The notes below the pieces were generated by a model. It saw nothing but the letters and a program-made list of their open reading frames with translations, was not told the origin of the DNA and did no database searches. A program made the translations under genes and the position numbers. 52,716 nt of DNA, taken from the NCBI GenBank assembly GCA_964580455.1, contig CAZOKO010000003.1:1-52716 (forward strand). Reading direction: 5' to 3'. The DNA is from an uncultured Thermodesulfobacteriota bacterium (lineage in GTDB: Bacteria > Desulfobacterota > WTBG01). Positions 36,975-45,585 of the stretch are shown here, piece by piece; positions within the stretch are counted from its first letter, which is position 1; each line of letters opens with the position of its first letter.

Positions 36975-37913
36975 TTGTACCTTATGTATCGATTACTACA
37001 TAGTGTTCTCACGGTTTCACTTTTTGCGTTTACTCCAGTTGCAAATGCACAGGAAGTTTCTGTCCCTATCTTCAGGGCTCAACCCCTCCTTACCATTCAA
37101 CATAGTTTTAGACAGCCCAGTGATGTGGTTGTTGGAAATAACAAAAAAGTTTACGTTCTGGACGGAGTCAACAATAAGATAAAGGTTTTTAACCTTCAAG
37201 GTACCTACCTCTTCTCCTTTGGGGGAACTGGAAAAGGCAAAGGGAAATTCAATTTCCCATTGGGAATAGGTATAGATAAAAATGACCGGATTTATGTGGC
37301 TGACTCAGGTAACCACAGGGTTCAGATTTTTAACTCTGACGGAGCATATCTATCTCAGTTTACAACGAACACCGATAAAGGGAAACCATCCGATCCAACA
37401 GATGTTGTGGTAAACAGCAAATTAAAAACATGCTATGTTGTTGATAATGACAATCACAGGATTATCCTCTATGACCTGAAGAAAAATACAATAATAAACA
37501 TCCAGGGAACAATGGGGATGGGAAAGAAGGAATTTCGTTTCCCCTTTTTAATCGATATAAATCAGGAAGGGAATCTTTACATTGTTGAGGTAATCAACGC
37601 CAGAGTCAAGGTTCTTGACCCAGAAGGAAACTATGTTACTAACATTGGAGGTTGGGGGGTAGAAAAAGGAGAGTTTTACAGACCCAAAGGGGTGGCAATT
37701 GATTCTAAAAACAGAGTATTTGTAAGTGATAGTTATCTTGGAGTCATCCAGGTGTTCGATCAGGATGGGAAATTTTTATCTGTTCTTGGAGATAATAAAG
37801 GCAATATCTTAAAATTCGAAACACCAACCGGCCTCTTCATTGATAAGAAAATGAGGCTGTATGTTGTAGAGATGCTCGCTGATAGAGTAAAAGTCCTTCG
37901 TTTAAAAGATTAA
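36975..37913 (+). CDS. Secreted NHL-repeat beta-propeller protein, module 2 component C
   Basis: Paralog of 24569..25489. My preferred start is the TTG at 36975, 7 nt after GGAGG. The track ORF starts at 36954, and an ATG at 36984 is also possible. Confidence 0.85.
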   Translation: MYLMYRLLHSVLTVSLFAFTPVANAQEVSVPIFRAQPLLTIQHSFRQPSDVVVGNNKKVYVLDGVNNKIKVFNLQGTYLFSFGGTGKGKGKFNFPLGIGIDKNDRIYVADSGNHRVQIFNSDGAYLSQFTTNTDKGKPSDPTDVVVNSKLKTCYVVDNDNHRIILYDLKKNTIINIQGTMGMGKKEFRFPFLIDINQEGNLYIVEVINARVKVLDPEGNYVTNIGGWGVEKGEFYRPKGVAIDSKNRVFVSDSYLGVIQVFDQDGKFLSVLGDNKGNILKFETPTGLFIDKKMRLYVVEMLADRVKVLRLKD

Positions 37914-38076
37914 TAATCACCCCTCATATACTTCACCGCAGAGGACGCAGAAATCGCTGAGAAAATATAGAAAAAAAGTACCTATGAATAATCAGTAAAT
38001 TGCCATGGTTTTACCTCTATTTTCTCTGTGTCCTCTGTGGTTGGTTGTATTTTTCACCTTATGAAAGGAAATACCT

Positions 38077-39480
38077 TTGAAAAACTCATTTCTAAAAGAT
38101 TTTTGGTCCTTCATCACTTCCCTTAAGTTAACTGTAATCATACTGATTATCTTGTCCATTACTTCCATTATCGGTACCATAATACCACAAAATGAATTGC
38201 CTTATATTTATCTTAAATATTACAAGCCTTCCACTTACAAATTGTTTAAACTCTTAAGTTTTGACGATATGTATAACTCCTGGTGGTTCACAACCCTTCT
38301 GGCGCTTTTTACCCTCAACCTCATATGCTGTTCATTCAAACGTTTCCCAAATTTCTGGAGACTTATAACCCAAAAAGAGAGAGACCTTGATGATCAACTT
38401 TTACAGTCACTGCCTCTTAAAAAGACGTTCCGATTAAAAGAATTAAGTGATCACACTAAAGCTGAACTGAGTCGGATTGTGCAAAAGCACTTCCATAAAC
38501 CAACTATTTTTCACACTTCATCTGATGTCTTAAGTCTTTTTGCCGGGAAGGGTAAGTATACCAGGTTGGGTTTTCATATCACACATATTGGGATAGCGCT
38601 GATTATCATTGGTGGTATTCTTGGGAACTATGGTTACCAGGGATTTATGAAGGTAGTTGAAGGAAAAACATCTGATATTATAACATTAAAAGGCACCACA
38701 AAACAAAAAAAACTGGATTTCTCCATCCGCTGTGACGATTTTGAGGTTTCCTTCTACCAGGAGACTCAGAGGCCAAAGGACTATAAGAGTAACTTGACTA
38801 TTATCGATGGAGGGAAGGAAGTTAAAAAGAAACTCATTGAAGTAAATGACCCTCTCTATTACAAAGGAGTTTATATCTATCAATCCAGCTATGGAACCGT
38901 TCCAGACCAGGGAGAAGTTGTTTTGAGTGTCGCACCCAGGGCAAATGCAAAACAAACCAGAAAATACAAAGCTGAAATAGGTGAGAGTTTTACCTTAGAG
39001 GATAAAAGCCACGATGTTAAAGTAAAACGATTCATTCCAGATTTTACTTTAGATCAAAACAAACAGGCAGTAAGCCGCTCTCAGGAACCAAGAAATCCAG
39101 CAGTGCAAATTGCACTTTTTAAGGATAATAAATTACTCTATGAAAAATGGATTTTTTTAAAATTTCCAGATTTCCATGGATCAGAAAAAGGAGATTATCT
39201 ATTTACCCTTTCGGGCTTTTCAGCGAAAGAATATACAGGACTCCAGTTAACTAAAGACCCGGGTGTATGGGTGGTATGGATTGGATGTTTTTTACTAACA
39301 TTGGGTTGCTATCTTCTATTTTTTATGAGCCATCGGAGACTATGGATTGTTGCTGAGAACAAAAAGGGGGAATATATTGTCACTATGGCTGGCACAAGCA
39401 ATAAAAATATGTTATCATTCTCTAAAGACTTTGACCAAATCCATCAAGAATTGAAAATAATAGGGAAATCAGTCACTTAA
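38077..39480 (+). CDS. ccsB: System II cytochrome c biogenesis protein CcsB/ResB
   Basis: 467 aa. N-terminal TM segments, a large soluble domain and a C-terminal TM segment. It is immediately followed by ccsA. TTG start. Confidence 0.8.
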   Translation: MKNSFLKDFWSFITSLKLTVIILIILSITSIIGTIIPQNELPYIYLKYYKPSTYKLFKLLSFDDMYNSWWFTTLLALFTLNLICCSFKRFPNFWRLITQKERDLDDQLLQSLPLKKTFRLKELSDHTKAELSRIVQKHFHKPTIFHTSSDVLSLFAGKGKYTRLGFHITHIGIALIIIGGILGNYGYQGFMKVVEGKTSDIITLKGTTKQKKLDFSIRCDDFEVSFYQETQRPKDYKSNLTIIDGGKEVKKKLIEVNDPLYYKGVYIYQSSYGTVPDQGEVVLSVAPRANAKQTRKYKAEIGESFTLEDKSHDVKVKRFIPDFTLDQNKQAVSRSQEPRNPAVQIALFKDNKLLYEKWIFLKFPDFHGSEKGDYLFTLSGFSAKEYTGLQLTKDPGVWVVWIGCFLLTLGCYLLFFMSHRRLWIVAENKKGEYIVTMAGTSNKNMLSFSKDFDQIHQELKIIGKSVT

Positions 39481-39491
39481 AAATGATAATT

Positions 39492-39640
39492 TCAAAAAAA
39501 GTCACTAACTAGACGGCACAGTAAGAAGCTCCAGATGCAAGGCGCGCGAATCTTTAGGAATGAGGCGTACTTAAGAGTACGTCGGAATGACTAAAGAAGA
39601 AGCGCAACACAGCAGATGGACTTTTTACGAAGCCGTCAAA
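39492..39640. repeat. Intergenic repeat element between ccsB and ccsA
   Basis: Contains the hairpin GGCGTACT-TAAG-AGTACGTC (39564-39583). It also contains the 14-mer GGACTTTTTACGAA (39618-39631), which is identical to 5388-5401. Confidence 0.55.
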
Positions 39641-39659
39641 CATAAAAGGAGAAGCAAGG

Positions 39660-40499
39660 ATGGACAGTTCTTTTTTCTTAGGTATTACAACCTTTATATA
39701 TCTTTTTGCTATGGTTCTATATTTCTACTATCTCTTCTTCAGAAACAAAACATTGGGGATCATCGTAAAAGTTACTACTATTATAGGTTTTCTAGCTAAC
39801 ATATCTGGATGGGCTATCCGCTGGGTAGAATCTTATCAAATGGGACATGGTTATATCCCATTATCTAATATGTACGAAGCCCTAGTCACCTTGTCCTGGT
39901 GTACTGTTTTGATGCTTCTCGTAATAGAACAAAAATATAAGACAGACATCTTGGGAGTTTTTGTATTTCCCATCGTTTCAATTGCTATGGCTTATGCTTC
40001 ACTTTCTCCTAGCGTTCGAGACGAGATTGAACCTTTGATCCCGGCGTTACAAAGCAACTGGCTCACTTATCATGTCTTTACCTGCTTTTTTGGCTATGCC
40101 GCTTTTGCTATTTCTTTTGGCGTAAGCATTGTCTATCTTGTTAAAAACAGGAAAGCAAAAGCGTCTTCAGGGGAAAGTTCAGGTCTGCTCCCTGATCTAA
40201 ATATTCTAGATGAAGTCATTTACAAGGCTAATGCAGTTGGATTTCTGCTCTTAGGGATAGGCATAATTACAGGGGCAGTCTGGGCAAATTATGCCTGGGG
40301 AAGTTACTGGAGCTGGGATCCCAAGGAGACCTGGTCTCTCATTACCTGGTTTATATACGCCACTTTTCTCCACGCCAGACTGACCAGAGGATGGAGAGGG
40401 AACAAAGCAGCTATTCTATCCATTATAGGTTTTTGTGGCGTCCTCTTTACCTTTTTGGGAGTTAACTATGTCCTCTCCGGTCTGCACAGTTACGCTTAG
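39660..40499 (+). CDS. ccsA: System II cytochrome c biogenesis protein CcsA/ResC (heme handling, WWD motif)
   Basis: Polytopic, 279 aa. WGSYWSWDPKETW is the Trp-rich WWD signature. Confidence 0.85.
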   Translation: MDSSFFLGITTFIYLFAMVLYFYYLFFRNKTLGIIVKVTTIIGFLANISGWAIRWVESYQMGHGYIPLSNMYEALVTLSWCTVLMLLVIEQKYKTDILGVFVFPIVSIAMAYASLSPSVRDEIEPLIPALQSNWLTYHVFTCFFGYAAFAISFGVSIVYLVKNRKAKASSGESSGLLPDLNILDEVIYKANAVGFLLLGIGIITGAVWANYAWGSYWSWDPKETWSLITWFIYATFLHARLTRGWRGNKAAILSIIGFCGVLFTFLGVNYVLSGLHSYA

Positions 40500-40539
40500 T
40501 TACCTGGACTTTTACAAATTCAGAGGTGGGTAGGGAAGG

Positions 40540-41088
40540 TCATCCAGAGGATATTTTGAAATAGAATATCTTATCCCTGAGTGTTCTTTCAATCTTAAAG
40601 TTTGTTTCCTGCCTAAGCTTTTTATTCAGACGGGATATCAGGAGTCGAAGGGCATGCATATCATGGATATTAAGTTTTTTGTTGCATACCTCATTAAAAA
40701 TTTCCTCGTAGTTTTTCTCGCCTTGGCGAAGTATCTTAAATAACTCAAGCTGTTTTGGTTTAAGAAGGGTGTGAATATTCTCGCTCTGCTTTTTCCTTCT
40801 TTCTTGTTCAAGCATTGCAGCAGGATTTTCTTTAATTTCAATTAACTCTTTCTTAAGCTCACTTATAAGGAGGCTCTTTTCTCTTAACTCATTTTCTCTT
40901 TCTTCTAAAATGTAAAGTAACTCGCTGGATCCAAGATCGTCGTCCCGTTCCAGTAGCTTATCACTTTTAAATCCATCAATGTAGGAAATCACTTCGTCCA
41001 AATCCAGAGGCTTAGGAAGAATAATCTCCACCCCTTCCTTTTTTGCTTCCCCAACCAGCTTATGCATGGTGTATGCAGTTATCATCAT
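40540..41088 (-). CDS. Response-regulator remnant: only the last part of a receiver domain, a coiled-coil and a winged-helix-like C-terminus (likely 5'-truncated)
   Basis: It begins MMITAYT...KKEGVEIILPKPLDLDEV, which corresponds to receiver beta4-alpha5 only. No phospho-acceptor Asp region is present. Its 5' end overlaps the 5' end of 41062..42189. Confidence 0.5.
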   Translation of the reverse strand: MMITAYTMHKLVGEAKKEGVEIILPKPLDLDEVISYIDGFKSDKLLERDDDLGSSELLYILEERENELREKSLLISELKKELIEIKENPAAMLEQERRKKQSENIHTLLKPKQLELFKILRQGEKNYEEIFNEVCNKKLNIHDMHALRLLISRLNKKLRQETNFKIERTLRDKIFYFKISSG

Positions 41089-42189
41089 TATGTTACTACC
41101 ACAATACCGTTTGGATCACATACTGATCGGTGTATGAGTTGTCATTATCGTGATGATATGCATGAAAGAGTAGGGCATAGTGATTGCGCTCAATGTCATG
41201 AGGACACACCGGGAAGAAAGGAAAACTTTATGGGAGCAGAGGCGTGTGCTGCCTGTCATCCGGGAAGTGATCCCGGCAAGTGCGGTTTAGTAGAAGTACA
41301 TCCTCCCATGTGGTGCTTCGACTGTCACAAAGAGTGCGAAGAGGTCGTAACTACCACTACGGTAGGACCTGACCCTACGACGACTACTACAGCACCACCT
41401 TCTGATCATATTGGAACCTGTTTAAAATGTCATTCCACGGATGATTTACATGAGTACGAAGGACACAGTAACTGTTCTGGGTGTCATGATGGTACGGCTC
41501 AATCGGGCAATGTAGAACCCGGTGCATGTATTACCTGTCACCCAACAGGTGATCCGGATAAGTGTAACTTGGTAGACATACATGGTTCTTCCTGCTACGA
41601 ATGCCACTTTGAATGCACGGGGGGAACTACTACTTCAGTAAAGCCAACTACCACTACAACAACAGTACCCTCCTCTACACATATTGGAACATGCTCACAA
41701 TGTCATCATACGGATGATTTACATGAACGTGCAGGACACAGTGAATGTAGTATCTGTCATGATGGTACACCTCAAGCGGGGAATGTAGAGCCATCGGCAT
41801 GTATCCTCTGTCACCCCATAGGTAATGCGGGTAAATGTAACTTAGCAAACATTCATGGCAGTTCCTGTCTCACATGCCACTTCGAGTGTGAGGGGAATAC
41901 AACCACTACTTCAGAGAAACAAATTCCCGATACCACAACAACCTCTTCCGCTACACAACCTTGCACAGCAGAAGAAATTTATGGCGAGGACTCAGAAGAA
42001 GTTGAACTCCTGAGACATCTTCGAGATAATGTGCTGGGTGCAACCCCTGAAGGGCAGGAGATGATAAGACTCTACTATCAGTGGAGTCCTATAATAGTTA
42101 AAACAATAGAAAATGACGATGAATCTAAAGAAGAGATAAAGGAAATAATTGATGGTCTATTGCTATTGATCAGGGCAGAGGTTGATTAA
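41062..42189 (+). CDS. 12-heme modular cytochrome c (3 tetraheme modules joined by Thr-rich linkers plus a helical C-terminal domain); N-terminus apparently missing
   Basis: Module 1: CMSCH, CAQCH, CAACH, CFDCH. Module 2: CLKCH, CSGCH, CITCH, CYECH. Module 3: CSQCH, CSICH, CILCH, CLTCH. Poly-T linkers join them. There is no signal peptide, and the ORF opens inside a TTT linker. Confidence 0.7.
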   Translation: MHGVCSYHHYVTTTIPFGSHTDRCMSCHYRDDMHERVGHSDCAQCHEDTPGRKENFMGAEACAACHPGSDPGKCGLVEVHPPMWCFDCHKECEEVVTTTTVGPDPTTTTTAPPSDHIGTCLKCHSTDDLHEYEGHSNCSGCHDGTAQSGNVEPGACITCHPTGDPDKCNLVDIHGSSCYECHFECTGGTTTSVKPTTTTTTVPSSTHIGTCSQCHHTDDLHERAGHSECSICHDGTPQAGNVEPSACILCHPIGNAGKCNLANIHGSSCLTCHFECEGNTTTTSEKQIPDTTTTSSATQPCTAEEIYGEDSEEVELLRHLRDNVLGATPEGQEMIRLYYQWSPIIVKTIENDDESKEEIKEIIDGLLLLIRAEVD

Positions 42190-42367
42190 CCCTGTAAGTT
42201 AGATTAACTTGACTTGACACTTCAACGATAATTTTGATAAGGAGGAAGAAAAGCTGGCAGGAGGTGTTTAATTTCTCGGTAATATGTGAGTACTTCGATG
42301 AACTCGGGTGAATATTTGGAAAGAATTCAAGAGTTAGAAGTCCGAGCTCCGTAAGAAAGACTACTTA

Positions 42368-43003
42368 TTAAAAATCAACCACCGATGCTCCTTTAACTTC
42401 CTTAAGATGGCAGGTGTCATTGAGGAGTGTGAGGTAATAGTTCCCATCTTTATATTCAAATCTGTTAATCGCACAGGTATCCTGTTTGATATACCAGAAA
42501 TGAGACAGCTCAAGGCCCAGGATTGCACACAGGAGAACCTTATTTAATACCCGGTGAGAAACAACAGCCAGCGTTTCTTCCGGATGGTTTTTTCTAACCT
42601 TTTCTAAAGCCTTCATCGACCTCTTGCGTACATCCTCTAAACTCTCCCCATCAGGAAATACCACCTTTTGAGGCTCAGCAAGCCAGGCTTCATAAGGGTT
42701 TTTATATTCTTCTTTAACTTTTTCATGTGAAAGTCCCTGCCATTTACCAAAATCAATATCGATAAACCCCTCTTCTATCTCAACTTCTAAACCCCTGTTT
42801 TCCTCTAACACACTGGCAGTCTCAAAAGCCCTCTTAAGCGGACTCGAATAGATCTTATCTATTTGCACATCCCTTAAAGACTCTTGAACGGCTCCTGCCT
42901 GAGCTAAACCTGTCTCATTCAAGGCAACATCAATTCTCCCCCTGAATATCTGCTCCCTGTTCCAATCAGTTTCCCCATGCCTTATCAAAATCACTTTTGT
43001 CAT
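42368..43003 (-). CDS. Histidine phosphatase (phosphoglycerate mutase/CobC-like) family protein
   Basis: The RHGETDWN catalytic motif lies near the N-terminus. I prefer the ATG at 43003 over the TTG at 43027. Confidence 0.8.
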   Translation of the reverse strand: MTKVILIRHGETDWNREQIFRGRIDVALNETGLAQAGAVQESLRDVQIDKIYSSPLKRAFETASVLEENRGLEVEIEEGFIDIDFGKWQGLSHEKVKEEYKNPYEAWLAEPQKVVFPDGESLEDVRKRSMKALEKVRKNHPEETLAVVSHRVLNKVLLCAILGLELSHFWYIKQDTCAINRFEYKDGNYYLTLLNDTCHLKEVKGASVVDF

Positions 43004-43195
43004 AAATATATTTATCCGCTTTTTCAACCTTAATCACAAAATAAACACGACCCTACCGACTGCAACCAGAAGATTGATTCTACCATATAACCAACCCCTT
43101 TTCAATCCCCTTTACTTTCTTTCTCTTTTTCCCCTTGCCATAAAAATAATAATAAGCTAGTAACTAATGTGTGCACAAAAAGCTGCTTTGAAAAA

Positions 43196-43244
43196 CTCTG
43201 TACTACTAACTTGCAACATCGTGTCTTTTTAGCACAGTTTTCAT
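43196..43244. repeat. ~49-nt repeat, copy 1 (second copy at 52664-52716)
   Basis: CTCTGTACTACTAACTTGCAACATCGTGTCTTTTTAGCACAGTTTTCAT versus CTCTGTACTACAAACCTGCAACATCGTGTTTTTTTAGCACAGTTTGGTTTCAT. Confidence 0.7.
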
Positions 43245-43406
43245 GCAACACACATGACAACTTCGCAAAAAGACCAATATGCCTTTTATTTGACTTTTTA
43301 CAAAACAGATAAGTTTAGTTTCATTCTTCGTGGCCTTCGTGTTCTTCGTTGTTATATCGTTTTGGTTGCAGCTCTGCTGCGCTGTGTCCTCTTTGGTTTT
43401 TATAAT

Positions 43407-44285
43407 ATGAAAATTGCCTTCATTTCTGACTTACATGTTGATATCTCACCAGAGAGTTTTAAACTTATTGATTATATCAATGAGAAATTACTATCTCTCG
43501 AACCCGATGTCTTTATTATCGCTGGTGATATTGCTGCTAATAGTAAAACTTTTGAAGCAACCTTAAGTAAATTTTCCGCAGTTTCATGCAATAAATTCCT
43601 GGTTGCAGGCAACCATGATATTTGGATCGATTCTCCATCCAGTTTGCAGAGAGGTATTCACAGTGGAGTAAAATATAATGAACTCATCCCTCAGATCTGT
43701 AAGCGCAATGACTTTATCTATCTTGGATTAGAACCCAATTTAATAGATGGAATTGGCTTTGCCGGAACCATAGGCTGGTATGACTATACGCTGAGAAATA
43801 AAAAATATGACAGCAGGTTCTCTATCGAATCATACCGAAACAAACAGTATCGTGGAAAAATCACCTGGAGTGACCTCGATTTTGCCCATTGGATGAATGG
43901 TTCAAATAACAAAAGAAAAAGTGATGAAGAAGTGGCTCAAGAAATGGAAGCCTCATTGCAAAACCAGATAAAATCTCTTAGCCATCAGGGGATTGACAAA
44001 ATTGTGGTTGTAACCCACCACGTCCCTTTCCGTGAGATGCTCATATATCCAAACCTTCTTCCCTTTGATTTCTTCAGCGCATTTATGGGGAGTGAAGGAC
44101 TGGGAAACATTATCTTGGAGGAAAACACTGTTACCCATGTTATCTGTGGCCACAGCCACATAAAAAGCTCACTAACGATAGAAAACGTTCAAGCAATGAA
44201 AAGCCCCCTGGGATATCCACGCGAGTGGCGCACTAAAAATCCCGATAAACTCATAGATGAAAAGCTTAGCTTTTTTGAACTATAA
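43407..44285 (+). CDS. Metallophosphoesterase (calcineurin-like) family protein
   Basis: Motifs MKIAFISDLHVD, GDIA, GNHD and the GHSH-type CGHSH. The upstream part of the track ORF (43254-43406) is repeat DNA. Confidence 0.8.
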   Translation: MKIAFISDLHVDISPESFKLIDYINEKLLSLEPDVFIIAGDIAANSKTFEATLSKFSAVSCNKFLVAGNHDIWIDSPSSLQRGIHSGVKYNELIPQICKRNDFIYLGLEPNLIDGIGFAGTIGWYDYTLRNKKYDSRFSIESYRNKQYRGKITWSDLDFAHWMNGSNNKRKSDEEVAQEMEASLQNQIKSLSHQGIDKIVVVTHHVPFREMLIYPNLLPFDFFSAFMGSEGLGNIILEENTVTHVICGHSHIKSSLTIENVQAMKSPLGYPREWRTKNPDKLIDEKLSFFEL

Positions 44286-44430
44286 TAACGGCTCCATCTT
44301 TTCCGTAAAATCTATCAATTAGTTTTGGACGCAGATTTCCGCAGATATGCGCAGAAGACTAACTTTAAATCCTGTCAATCTGCGTTTATCTGTGTCCCAA
44401 TAAATATTCCACAAAAAGGAGACAGACAAT

Positions 44431-44640
44431 ATGGATAAACAGTTTGAAGAAATGATGAGGAAGAAGGTAGAGCTTGACCGCCTCAAAACAGAGAAAGAAG
44501 CGATAGAGTTCTGGCATACTAAACTAGTAGCTATAAAAAATGAGCAGACTTTAGATGCATTACAAAGTAAAATTAATGAAATTATTCATACCATGGAAAA
44601 CAGAATGGGTTTTCTTGAAAGGGAAAGCAGAAAAATGTAG
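44431..44640 (+). CDS. Small coiled-coil hypothetical protein
   Basis: 69-aa ORF with AAGGAGA 8 nt upstream of the ATG. No recognised motif. Confidence 0.45.
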   Translation: MDKQFEEMMRKKVELDRLKTEKEAIEFWHTKLVAIKNEQTLDALQSKINEIIHTMENRMGFLERESRKM

Positions 44641-44733
44641 ATTGTGAATTGAGGGATTTTGGAATTAAGGAATTATGCTAATTCCAAAACGAGCTGCGCA
44701 ACCTCAACCGCTTAACCCAGTTAAGTACTTATT

Positions 44734-45561
44734 ATGCAAATTATTGATGCTCACATACACGCTGATTTTGACAGTCAATGGCTTAAACATATCGGCTATT
44801 ACTGTGGAGTTGATTTCAGTTCTCAAGGGCTCACAAAAGAAATGGAATCATCTAATGTGATCCACTGTGTTTCTATGGGACTGCGCAGTCTTGATCTGGG
44901 AATGGACATCAATTCACCTACTCCTTATGAAACAGCAGAAAACCTTAAGCTGCCAGGGATTACTTACATTGGAGGGATTAACCCTTTTATTGCAGGAGAT
45001 AAACACCTGGAAAGAACACGTAATAGTATTACCACCGGGAGTATTAAAGGCCTTAAAATCTATCTTGGTTACTTCCCCTTCCCTCCCGATACACCGGTTT
45101 ACAGATCATATTACCGACTGGCCGAAGAACTTAACGTCCCTATCATTTTCCATACCGGAGATACAGAATCTTCCAACAGCAGACTAAAATATGCTCATCC
45201 TCTGGGCATTGATGAGATTGCAGTAGAATATCGACAGGTAAAACTCCTCATGGCTCATCTTGGCAATCCCTGGCTTATGGATGCTGCTGAAGTGGTGAGT
45301 AAAAATAAGAATGTATTTGCTGATCTTTCCGGATTTGTGGCAGGAAGTGATGATTATAAATATGTGATCAAATATCAATTGCCCCGGATTAAAGAAGCAT
45401 TAGAATGGATAGATAACCCTTCTCAGTTACTATACGGCTCTGATTGGCCACTCACTCCCATGAAAAGATACATCGATTTCATTTGCACCCTTTTTCCCCA
45501 TAAAGAAGATCAAGAAAAGGTCTTCTACAAAAACGCCCTTCAATTTTTCAACCTGGGCTAA
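44734..45561 (+). CDS. Amidohydrolase-family (TIM-barrel metal-dependent hydrolase) protein
   Basis: The N-terminal IIDAHIH motif, later HTGD and MAHLGNPW, and a C-terminal GSDWP are typical of amidohydrolase_2-type proteins. Confidence 0.7.
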   Translation: MQIIDAHIHADFDSQWLKHIGYYCGVDFSSQGLTKEMESSNVIHCVSMGLRSLDLGMDINSPTPYETAENLKLPGITYIGGINPFIAGDKHLERTRNSITTGSIKGLKIYLGYFPFPPDTPVYRSYYRLAEELNVPIIFHTGDTESSNSRLKYAHPLGIDEIAVEYRQVKLLMAHLGNPWLMDAAEVVSKNKNVFADLSGFVAGSDDYKYVIKYQLPRIKEALEWIDNPSQLLYGSDWPLTPMKRYIDFICTLFPHKEDQEKVFYKNALQFFNLG

Positions 45562-45585
45562 ATTTTTACTCTTGACAATTGAGGC

